This document shows positions 40,913 through 48,054 of a stretch of DNA of 64,000 nucleotides, in pieces. Below the pieces are notes generated by a model. That model did no database searches. It saw only the letters and a list, made by a program, of their open reading frames with translations, and was not told where the DNA came from. Each line of letters starts with the position of its first letter. Position 1 is the first letter of the stretch. The DNA lies in NCBI GenBank assembly GCA_017608305.1, contig JAFCGC010000001.1, forward strand, positions 38,744 to 102,743. Direction: 5' to 3'. The DNA is from Candidatus Pacearchaeota archaeon. GTDB taxonomy: Archaea; Nanobdellota; Nanobdellia; Pacearchaeales; GW2011-AR1. Position numbers and translations under genes: made by a program.

Positions 40913-41792
40913 GTTTCTTTTTTACATACCATTTAAGTATTGAAGTGTTAGTTATCCATGTATTGAGAAGATCAAAACTCAGACCAATAGCCAAGATAGT
41001 AAATATTTGTGTTAAGACTACTGAAAAAGATTTTACAACAAACAAAGCAAGAAGTATTGCCAAAAGAGATGTTAGAGTCATTGTGATTCCTGTCTTAAAT
41101 GCTCCAAGAATTCTTTTATTAAGGGTATCCTCTCTTCTTTTTAAAATTCTTGTAGTCAATAAAATATCTGTGTCTACTGAATAACCTATTAACATTAGAA
41201 ATGCAACTATTCCTGCGCTAGACATTTTTATTCCCAAGACGTCAACCAAGGCTAGAGTCATTAAAATATCTGCAAAAGCCGAAAGAATAACAGCTGCAGA
41301 AGGGATAAAAGTCCTGAAAATAATAAAAACTACAATCCCCATAAAAACAAATGCAACTAAGATTGCAATTATAAGTTGTTTATAAAAATTTTCACTTAAA
41401 GCAGAACCTGTAAATTCAAAACTACTATTTTTTTCATTGAGCTCATAACCTAAATATTCTTCAAGAACTTGTTTTGTTATTTCACTATCTGATTTTGTTT
41501 CAATAATTATTGCTTTTTGTTCTCTGGTTACTAAATCATAAATTTCTCTTGTGCTGATATCCTCTAATTTAGATGAAAGTTCTGTTTCTAGTTCAAAAAC
41601 ATCTATTTGTTGATAGATAGTAACAGAAGTTCCTCCTGTTAAAGAAATGTCTTTGTAAATAACATCATTATGTTTTGAATAAAAAGCCCCAACATAAATT
41701 AAAGAAACAACTATTAAAAAAAGCGGAATCAAGAGCATCAGCTTGTAGTATTTATCATGCCAGTTTTTTGTTTGTGTTTCTTGTTCTTCCAT
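40902..41792 (-). CDS. secF: Protein translocase subunit SecF
   Basis: LTGG, FRT, LMLIGYSVDTDILLT. Confidence 0.9.
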   Translation of the reverse strand: MEEQETQTKNWHDKYYKLMLLIPLFLIVVSLIYVGAFYSKHNDVIYKDISLTGGTSVTIYQQIDVFELETELSSKLEDISTREIYDLVTREQKAIIIETKSDSEITKQVLEEYLGYELNEKNSSFEFTGSALSENFYKQLIIAILVAFVFMGIVVFIIFRTFIPSAAVILSAFADILMTLALVDVLGIKMSSAGIVAFLMLIGYSVDTDILLTTRILKRREDTLNKRILGAFKTGITMTLTSLLAILLALFVVKSFSVVLTQIFTILAIGLSFDLLNTWITNTSILKWYVKKKHGT

Positions 41793-41802
41793 TTTTAAAA
41801 AA

Positions 41803-41901
41803 AACTAAATGTTTTACATTTAGTTGCTTTTCGCGAATATAAAATTCGCGTCAACACTCAAATCAAAGATTTGGTGAACTTTCGTGAACAAGGAAGTTCA
41901 C
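41803..41901. repeat. Four consecutive short inverted repeats (hairpin cluster)
   Basis: AACTAAATGT-ttt-ACATTTAGTT (41803-41825); CGCGAAT-ataaa-ATTCGCG (41832-41850); CAAATC-aaa-GATTTG (41859-41873); GTGAACTT...AAGTTCAC (41874-41901). Confidence 0.85.
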
Positions 41902-41903
41902 GT

Positions 41904-41925
41904 TTTATGCGCGGGCCGGGAATCG
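41904..41925 (-). repeat. 22-bp duplicate of the tRNA-Gly 3' end
   Basis: TTTATGCGCGGGCCGGGAATCG identical at 41904-41925 and 41988-42009. Confidence 0.9.
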
Positions 41926-41991
41926 GGCTCTGAATAAATTCAGGCCTAGCACTTAATAAATTTAAGCACTAAACTAAAGTTCGATTCTTTA

Positions 41992-42062
41992 TGCGCGGGC
42001 CGGGAATCGAACCCGGATCAATTGGGTGGAAACCAATTATACGGCCTTTATACTACCCACGC
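41992..42062 (-). tRNA. tRNA-Gly(TCC)
   Basis: Acceptor GCGTGGG/CCCGCGC, anticodon arm ATTGG-TTTCCAC-CCAAT, T-arm CCGGG-TTCGATT-CCCGG; CCA not encoded. Confidence 0.92.
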
Positions 42063-42108
42063 ATAAGTTAATTATTCAATAAAGTATTTTAAAGGTTTTG
42101 TATAAAAA

Positions 42109-42182
42109 CGCGCCTGGTAGGATTTGAACCTACGACCTCTTCCTTAGGAGGGAAGCACTCTATCCAACTGAGTTACAGGCGC
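42109..42182 (-). tRNA. tRNA-Arg(CCT)
   Basis: Acceptor GCGCCTG/CAGGCGC, anticodon arm CTTCC-CTCCTAA-GGAAG, T-loop TTCAAAT. Confidence 0.93.
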
Positions 42183-42223
42183 AGACCATATACTTTTTTA
42201 AATAGATATTTAGTTTAAAAAAT

Positions 42224-42496
42224 ATGCTAGTTAAGGTATTTGGAGGATTTGATATAGTAGCTGGGTTGATTTTAATATTTTTAAATACCTTAAATCCTAC
42301 TAGAACAATACTTTTGGTTCTGGGAATAATTCTCCTAATTAAATCATCTATAGGATTTTTAAAAGATTTTGCAAGTTGGGTTGATTTTTTAGCAGGAATT
42401 GTTTTTTTAATGTCAATAATAATAAATATTCCTATTTTTATTGGGATTATTCTTGGGATTTTATTGATTCAAAAAGGAGTTTTTAGTTTTTTATAA
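42224..42496 (+). CDS. Small integral membrane protein of unknown function
   Basis: Hydrophobic ORF with internally repeated D..AG...IK/QK pattern; TTTTAAAT about 25 nt upstream. Confidence 0.65.
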   Translation: MLVKVFGGFDIVAGLILIFLNTLNPTRTILLVLGIILLIKSSIGFLKDFASWVDFLAGIVFLMSIIINIPIFIGIILGILLIQKGVFSFL

Positions 42497-42573
42497 TGTT
42501 CAAATCTTAAAACTTTCTTGAATCTTTCAGAGGCAAATAAAGATTCAATTTCCAAGATAAAAAGGAGGGGTTG

Positions 42574-42599
42574 ATAAGGGGAACCTTGGTTCCCTTTAT
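42574..42599. repeat. Inverted repeat downstream of the tRNA-Leu 3'-end duplicate
   Basis: ATAAGGGGAACC-tt-GGTTCCCTTTAT. Confidence 0.7.
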
Positions 42600-42600
42600 T

Positions 42601-42627
42601 ATGCGGAAGAAAGGATTCGAACCCTCG
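42601..42627 (-). repeat. 27-bp duplicate of the tRNA-Leu(AAG) 3' end
   Basis: ATGCGGAAGAAAGGATTCGAACCCTCG identical at 42601-42627 and 42676-42702. Confidence 0.9.
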
Positions 42628-42676
42628 ATCAAAAATTTGTAAACAAATTTCATCGGGCTCGATTCGATCCTCTAAA

Positions 42677-42760
42677 TGCGGAAGAAAGGATTCGAACCCT
42701 CGCAGGCACTAAGCCATCTGATCCTTAGTCAGACCCGTTTGACCACTCCGGCACTTCCGC
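42677..42760 (-). tRNA. tRNA-Leu(AAG)
   Basis: Acceptor GCGGAAG/CTTCCGC, discriminator A, long variable arm, anticodon arm TCTGA-CTAAGGA-TCAGA. Confidence 0.88.
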
Positions 42761-42861
42761 AGTAAAAGACAAAATTACAACTAATTATCTCTATAAAAAG
42801 GTTTAGAAAATAACTATTTTTATTACGCAATCATTATAAAATAAATTCTTTTTTGAAAAAG

Positions 42862-43074
42862 ATGAAAGAGGATAAATTAGAAAAAAAGGGTTTAGATGAA
42901 AAGTGTTGCATTAATTTCAATAGTGAAGGAATTATAACTCATTATGGTTCTTATGATGTTAAACCAGATTGTTCAAAATGTGATGGTTATGGGGTAGATG
43001 CTAAAAAATATGGGTGGAAATGTTATCTTTCTCGGTTGAATTGGTTAAAGACAAACAGAAACTCTCAAAAATAG
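42862..43074 (+). CDS. Small Cys-rich hypothetical protein
   Basis: ORF with CC, CxxC, C; TTATAAAT upstream. Confidence 0.45.
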   Translation: MKEDKLEKKGLDEKCCINFNSEGIITHYGSYDVKPDCSKCDGYGVDAKKYGWKCYLSRLNWLKTNRNSQK

Positions 43075-43119
43075 TGAAAGACAGCAAGATTTAAATACAC
43101 TAAACATGACCTAATTTTG

Positions 43120-43232
43120 GAGATGGCCATAGTAGGTTGGAAACACCTGTTCCCATTCCGAACACAGAGAGTTAAGCTTCCTACGCCGTTTGTATTAGTG
43201 GCCGACAAGCTGCGAAGCTTCGGTGCTATCTC
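43120..43232 (+). rRNA. rrf: 5S rRNA (unlinked, compact)
   Basis: Terminal helix GAGATGGC/GCTATCTC; conserved GGCCATAG, CACC..TCCCATTCCGAACAC..AGTTAAGC; TTTAAATA promoter at 43090-43097. Confidence 0.9.
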
Positions 43233-43886
43233 TCATTTTCTTATGTAAGAATTAATCATCTTATTTAATCTTTTAATTTTCAAGGGATGAGAAAAACCTA
43301 TTTCTTCTTTAAATTTAATAAAATTTTCCTTGCCCGTAATTGATAAGACATAGTTAGTAAATTTTTTATCTTCAACAATTTTAACATATTTAGAAATTTT
43401 ATTAGAAAAAATAAGAAAATTATTTACCAAAATGTTTTTGATCTCTCTCAATAATTGTAATGAATTAGAAGAAAGAGTCAAATTTCTTTTTATTTCGTTT
43501 GTTTTTCTAAAGTTCCTTAACCCCACACAACCTTCATCATCATAAAAAGAAGAGAGAAATTCTTTCTGCAAAATTTTATTATCAATAAATTTAGGGATAT
43601 AGAGGGCAAAGCTTCTATAATCACTAATCAAATGTTTTAAAAAATTGAGCAAAGGCTTTTTACATACCATTAACAGGCTTGTCCCAGAATTGGTTTTACC
43701 CCTTATAATATGAATTTTCCCAAATAACTTATAAATATCTTTCTCAAAATCGTTCAATAATGTTTCATTTTTATTATAATATGCAAAATACTTATTGGTT
43801 ACACATCCATCCCCCATTAAATGAGCCACCACTCTTGCTAAAATCTTTGATTTTTCTTTGTTTTTGAGAATATTTAATTCTTCCAT
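43233..43886 (-). CDS. Free-standing two-motif LAGLIDADG endonuclease
   Basis: VVAHLMGDG and FLSSFYDDEG motifs; F.EEIGFSHP.K..RL tail; no intein splice motifs. Confidence 0.82.
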   Translation of the reverse strand: MEELNILKNKEKSKILARVVAHLMGDGCVTNKYFAYYNKNETLLNDFEKDIYKLFGKIHIIRGKTNSGTSLLMVCKKPLLNFLKHLISDYRSFALYIPKFIDNKILQKEFLSSFYDDEGCVGLRNFRKTNEIKRNLTLSSNSLQLLREIKNILVNNFLIFSNKISKYVKIVEDKKFTNYVLSITGKENFIKFKEEIGFSHPLKIKRLNKMINSYIRK

Positions 43887-43962
43887 ATTATTTTTAGGCA
43901 CCTAAACTATATAAATCTTTCGGCTCCTAAAAACTTATAAAGATTCATCTCTTTTTTATTAT

Positions 43963-44124
43963 ATGAAACTTCAAAAAAGATTATCTAGAAAATATAAAGA
44001 TAAAGAGTACCATAAATATCTTTTAGTAATTCCTAGTAGAGAAATTAAAAAAAGTGGGTTTAAAGAAGGTGGAGAGCTCCAAATAAAATCAAAAAAAGGA
44101 GAGATAAAAATAAAGAGAAAATGA
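43963..44124 (+). CDS. AbrB/SpoVT-like small DNA-binding protein (53 aa, not in ORF track)
   Basis: Own translation MKLQKRLSRKYKDKEYHKYLLVIPSREIKKSGFKEGGELQIKSKKGEIKIKRK; CTTATAAA upstream; ATGA overlap with the next gene. Confidence 0.65.
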   Translation: MKLQKRLSRKYKDKEYHKYLLVIPSREIKKSGFKEGGELQIKSKKGEIKIKRK

Positions 44125-44426
44125 AAAAACTCTCAAAAACAGAAGTTAAAAAAGAGATCGAAGAATTTTTTAAAAATATTAAAGAAAAAGAACCTAGACT
44201 CTCACAAGTTCGGTCTGACTCATCTAAAAGCCAAGCCAAACAAATTAAAAAAATAAAAAGATTAGCTATGAGGCATAATATTAAACTGGGTCAAAAGAGA
44301 AAATTATTTTGTAAAAAATGTTTTTCTCCCTATAAAAGCCCTAAAATAAGGATAAAAAATCAAACGAAAAAGATTGAATGTGGTCATTGTGGAAATATTA
44401 GTAGATTTAAAATTAACTCTTCTTGA
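44121..44426 (+). CDS. RNase P protein component Rpp21-like
   Basis: LAM, KRKLFCKKC and CGHCG...RF zinc ribbon. Confidence 0.7.
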   Translation: MKKLSKTEVKKEIEEFFKNIKEKEPRLSQVRSDSSKSQAKQIKKIKRLAMRHNIKLGQKRKLFCKKCFSPYKSPKIRIKNQTKKIECGHCGNISRFKINSS

Positions 44427-44610
44427 ATCTTCCAACTAATTCAATAAAATCTTCTTGCCCTAAAAACATTGATCTGCAGCAATATCTTTCTAGACCTAAT
44501 TCATCTAAAAGTTTTTTTGGATTTTCTCCTTCTGCTGCTCTCTTCTTAAAATCTTCCCATAAATGGCCAATTGGTTTGCCACATGAAAAACATCTAACTG
44601 GAATTATCAT
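44413..44610 (-). CDS. rpoN: RNA polymerase subunit N (Rpo10)
   Basis: MIIPVRCFSCGK...RYCCR. Confidence 0.95.
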   Translation of the reverse strand: MIIPVRCFSCGKPIGHLWEDFKKRAAEGENPKKLLDELGLERYCCRSMFLGQEDFIELVGRFKKS

Positions 44611-44685
44611 ATAATAATTGCTTAGGGATTGTTTATAAAACTTACGATTAGGAAGATTTAAATATGATTGGACAGAGAAAAAACT

Positions 44686-45426
44686 ATGACAAAAAATATA
44701 ATTGAACTCAAGGGAGCAGCAAGATACTATGAGATGGGTGAAGAAATAATCAAGGCTCTTAATTGTGTAGACATAGCTATTGCAGAAGGGGATTTTGTTG
44801 CTATTATGGGTCCAAGTGGAAGCGGAAAATCAACATCTATGAATCTTACAGGAAGTTTAGATCTTCCTACTAAAGGAGAAATTTATTTATCTGGAGAAAA
44901 TATAGCTCATTTAGAAGAATCTGAATTAGCTCAACTTAGGGGAAAGAAAATAGGATTTATATTTCAACAATTTAATTTAATTCCTAATTTAACAGCTAAA
45001 GAAAATGTCATGCTTCCTATGTTATTTCAAGGGGTTGAGAAAGAAGATAGACAAGAAAGAGCTGAAAAACTTTTGAAAGGAGTTGATTTAGGGGATAGAA
45101 TGGATTTTTACCCTAATCAATTATCAGGGGGGCAACAACAAAGAGTTGCCATTGCAAGGGCTTTGGCAAATAAACCAGAGATTATTTTAGCAGATGAACC
45201 AACAGGAAATCTAGATACAAAAACAGGCAATAGAGTCATGACTTTCTTACAACAACTTAATGAAAAAGGCAGGACAATTATTATTGTTACGCATGATTCT
45301 GAAATTGCAAGAGAATATGCAAAGACAATTTATTCTATAAGAGATGGGAAAATAGAAAATCTTGAAAAAAAAGTCAAAGGGAAATGGAAAAACCAAAAAA
45401 CTTCTGCTTACAAGGTTGATAAATGA
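44686..45426 (+). CDS. LolD/MacB-type ABC ATPase
   Basis: GPSGSGKST, GFIFQ.FNL, LSGGQQQRVAIARAL, ADEPTGNLD, VTHD. Confidence 0.92.
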   Translation: MTKNIIELKGAARYYEMGEEIIKALNCVDIAIAEGDFVAIMGPSGSGKSTSMNLTGSLDLPTKGEIYLSGENIAHLEESELAQLRGKKIGFIFQQFNLIPNLTAKENVMLPMLFQGVEKEDRQERAEKLLKGVDLGDRMDFYPNQLSGGQQQRVAIARALANKPEIILADEPTGNLDTKTGNRVMTFLQQLNEKGRTIIIVTHDSEIAREYAKTIYSIRDGKIENLEKKVKGKWKNQKTSAYKVDK

Positions 45427-45508
45427 AATATGCTAATTGTTGTAATCATTCAGAAGTAACAATATCGAAATATTTAAAAACCTTCCTTATGTGAAAAATT
45501 AAAGGAAA

Positions 45509-46381
45509 ATGATGAATAAAATAATACCAATAATCGCACTGATGTTTTTAATGAGCATTAGTTTTGCGAGTGCTCTTATTGTTGATGCAGATTATGTGAC
45601 ACTTTATGCTGGAGAGGAAAAAACAGTTAAAATTAATGTTGACAATAATGAAGATTTTGATATGGAGGATGTTTCTATTCAATTAAGTACTTTCATTGAG
45701 CTTCCGGGTGGAACACCAATAAGTCTTCCTTTTACCATAATTGGAAGTTCTGAAAAAGATTTAGATGATCTTGATGAAGATGATGATGACAGTGCGAGTT
45801 TTAAAATAAAAGCTTCAACAAACATTATCCCTGGAGATTATCAAATACCTTATGAAGTAAAATATACTAATGTTGATGAAGATGAAAAAGAAGACAAAAA
45901 AGGAACATTTGGGATTAGAGTTAGTGCAAAAACAGAACTTGATTTTGGAGTAGAAGTAAGAGATAATGCGATTGTTGGTCAAGAAGGAAGAGTTTCTTTA
46001 GAAATAATTAATAAGGGTCTTGGAGATATTAAGTCAGTTAGTGTTCAAGTTTTTCCTCAGGGTTTTGAATTATTGTCAAAAGGCAAAATATTTATCGGAA
46101 CAGTTAATTCAGATGATTCGGATATTGCGACATTTGATGTAATCTATCAAGATGCAAATCCTACACTTTCAGCTAAAATGACTTATAAAGATTTTGATAA
46201 TCAAGAACACACAGAAACAATTAATTTAAAATTCAAAGTTTATACTAGAGAACAAGCTTTAGAACTTGGAATAATTAAGAAAAGCAACACAGGAGTTTAT
46301 ATTAGTGTTGTGGTTGTTTTAATTGTTGCTTGGATAATTTATAGAAAGATTAAAAAGAAAAGGAAAAATAAAAGAAAATGA
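45509..46381 (+). CDS. Secreted Ig-like/COG1361 S-layer-type protein with C-terminal anchor
   Basis: Signal peptide, acidic beta-rich repeats (N.G), C-terminal TM plus basic tail; typical partner of archaeal MacB-type operons. Confidence 0.7.
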   Translation: MMNKIIPIIALMFLMSISFASALIVDADYVTLYAGEEKTVKINVDNNEDFDMEDVSIQLSTFIELPGGTPISLPFTIIGSSEKDLDDLDEDDDDSASFKIKASTNIIPGDYQIPYEVKYTNVDEDEKEDKKGTFGIRVSAKTELDFGVEVRDNAIVGQEGRVSLEIINKGLGDIKSVSVQVFPQGFELLSKGKIFIGTVNSDDSDIATFDVIYQDANPTLSAKMTYKDFDNQEHTETINLKFKVYTREQALELGIIKKSNTGVYISVVVVLIVAWIIYRKIKKKRKNKRK

Positions 46382-46701
46382 TTCCACTTTATGATAAAAA
46401 AACAAATAAAGACTCATATAATGAGCAAGAAGTTGGTTCATTTGGGAATATAACTAGATTAATTGGTTATCATTCTGCTAAATTAGAAGATTTTGATGGG
46501 GAAAATTTTTCTCTAACACAATTAATTCACGCTAAAAAAAATGCTGAAATACTTTTCACACAAATTCAAGCTTATAAAAAATATAATAAAAATATTGGAA
46601 AAGAAATTTTTGAACCTTTACAACTTTCAAAAATAGAATCTTTATGTAAAAAAGTTTTAAAGATAAAATGGGGAGAAGGAAGAAGAGGAGGAAATGAATA
46701 A
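46378..46701 (+). CDS. Hypothetical protein
   Basis: ATGA-coupled to the upstream gene. Confidence 0.55.
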   Translation: MIPLYDKKTNKDSYNEQEVGSFGNITRLIGYHSAKLEDFDGENFSLTQLIHAKKNAEILFTQIQAYKKYNKNIGKEIFEPLQLSKIESLCKKVLKIKWGEGRRGGNE

Positions 46702-46702
46702 A

Positions 46703-47014
46703 ATGGATAAACAACACAGATATTTAGAAAAAATAGGACGGAAAATTTTAATAAGAGATTTAGAGATATGGCGTTTTGCAAGCAAAAGTTATTTAGAAGA
46801 CTTCCTTAACCCAAATGATCCTTTTCCAAACATTACAAAAGAAAATCTATTTAATTTAGGATGCAAATATAGAAAAGCAAGAAACAGGGCAATCAAGGGG
46901 GGAATTAATACAAAAAAGTATGATCAAAAGATGGCAACTGCTTTAATAAAGGTGGCAAAACACCTTGATGTGAATTTTACTTCATTAGAACAAAAAAATG
47001 AGGCAATTGATTAA
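46703..47014 (+). CDS. Hypothetical protein
   Basis: GGAGG plus TAAAATG coupling. Confidence 0.55.
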   Translation: MDKQHRYLEKIGRKILIRDLEIWRFASKSYLEDFLNPNDPFPNITKENLFNLGCKYRKARNRAIKGGINTKKYDQKMATALIKVAKHLDVNFTSLEQKNEAID

Positions 47015-47015
47015 A

Positions 47016-47387
47016 ATGCCAATTGAAAAAATAAATAGTTTAGATGAATTGGGAAATGCTGTTGGAAAAAGGGTGGAAATAGTAGATTACCCAAAAGATC
47101 CTCGCTATGCTTTTCTAGAAACTTATGCGGGAAAAACCCCTGGGAGCCTGCATCTTTTTTTGACTCAAATTCCAGAAAAAGAAACAAGTTCAAACCTCTG
47201 CAATATTCAAGTAAGAGAAATTCCAGAAGAACAAATTGCCCCTTCTAATTCAGATGGAAAGATTATTTATCTCGGGATAAATTTTCACCAACCAAGAGAA
47301 ATGATTACAAGAATTTGTGTTCCTAGTGATTCAAGGTATGAAGGATTTATGTCTATTTTACTTAAGAATGAAGGAGGAAGTGATTAA
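47016..47387 (+). CDS. Hypothetical protein, KINSLDEL family copy 1
   Basis: N-terminus MPIEKINSLDELGNAVGKRV. Confidence 0.65.
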   Translation: MPIEKINSLDELGNAVGKRVEIVDYPKDPRYAFLETYAGKTPGSLHLFLTQIPEKETSSNLCNIQVREIPEEQIAPSNSDGKIIYLGINFHQPREMITRICVPSDSRYEGFMSILLKNEGGSD

Positions 47388-47388
47388 A

Positions 47389-47676
47389 ATGTCATTTAAA
47401 ATAAAAAGTTTAGAAGAATTGCAGAGGATTACAGGGAATAAAGTGGGGCCAATTAAAGTGGTAATTCCTGAAACATATTCCGAAAAAGAAAAAATAGTTC
47501 ATTTAATTGGAACCGAGCTAGATGGAACATACAGTAAGAAATATTTATGTGTTAAAAAAGAAGAAGGGAATAAATTTAATGGAGAACTTATGCTATATGA
47601 CACTTCTTCAGGAGAGATTAATCCTCTCAGTCCTTCTGACCCTGAATTTAATCTAGTAATAGGAGGAAATAATTAA
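47389..47676 (+). CDS. Hypothetical protein, KINSLDEL family copy 2
   Basis: N-terminus MSFKIKSLEELQRITGNKV; GGAGG upstream. Confidence 0.65.
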   Translation: MSFKIKSLEELQRITGNKVGPIKVVIPETYSEKEKIVHLIGTELDGTYSKKYLCVKKEEGNKFNGELMLYDTSSGEINPLSPSDPEFNLVIGGNN

Positions 47677-47677
47677 A

Positions 47678-48049
47678 ATGGTCGTTCAAAAAATAAATAG
47701 TTTAGATGAATTAGAAAAATCTATGGGAAGGAAAATTAGCTTAACAAAGGTCCATAATCCAAAAGGAATTCAGAACACAAAAACAGAACATTATATTTAT
47801 CTCGGAGTAACTAAGAAAGGGGTATCAGAAAAGTATTTATTCACAAGATGTTCTGATAAAAACCCATTAGGACGAGTGGTTCCAAACATAGAAAAACTTT
47901 TTTTAAAAAAAGGAGAAATTGGATTTACAGGAGATCTTATTACCTATGACCCTCTTTTTGCCCAAGTAGAGATGATAACTCCTTCTAATCCACAATATCC
48001 TAACCTAATAGGTAATTTAATTCGTATGGAAAGATTATCGTGGAGGTAA
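47678..48049 (+). CDS. Hypothetical protein, KINSLDEL family copy 3
   Basis: N-terminus MVVQKINSLDELEKSMGRKI; GGAGG upstream. Confidence 0.65.
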   Translation: MVVQKINSLDELEKSMGRKISLTKVHNPKGIQNTKTEHYIYLGVTKKGVSEKYLFTRCSDKNPLGRVVPNIEKLFLKKGEIGFTGDLITYDPLFAQVEMITPSNPQYPNLIGNLIRMERLSWR

Positions 48050-48054
48050 CTCCT

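Noticed and set aside
41904..42702. Split, permuted or intron-containing tRNA explanation for the tRNA fragments
   Set aside because: The full tRNAs are intact and the fragments are exact copies of their 3' ends; I saw no bulge-helix-bulge or complementary leader.
46378..48049. Classical integron cassette array
   Set aside because: There is no intergenic space for attC hairpins and no integron integrase in the window; reported instead as a junction-motif array.
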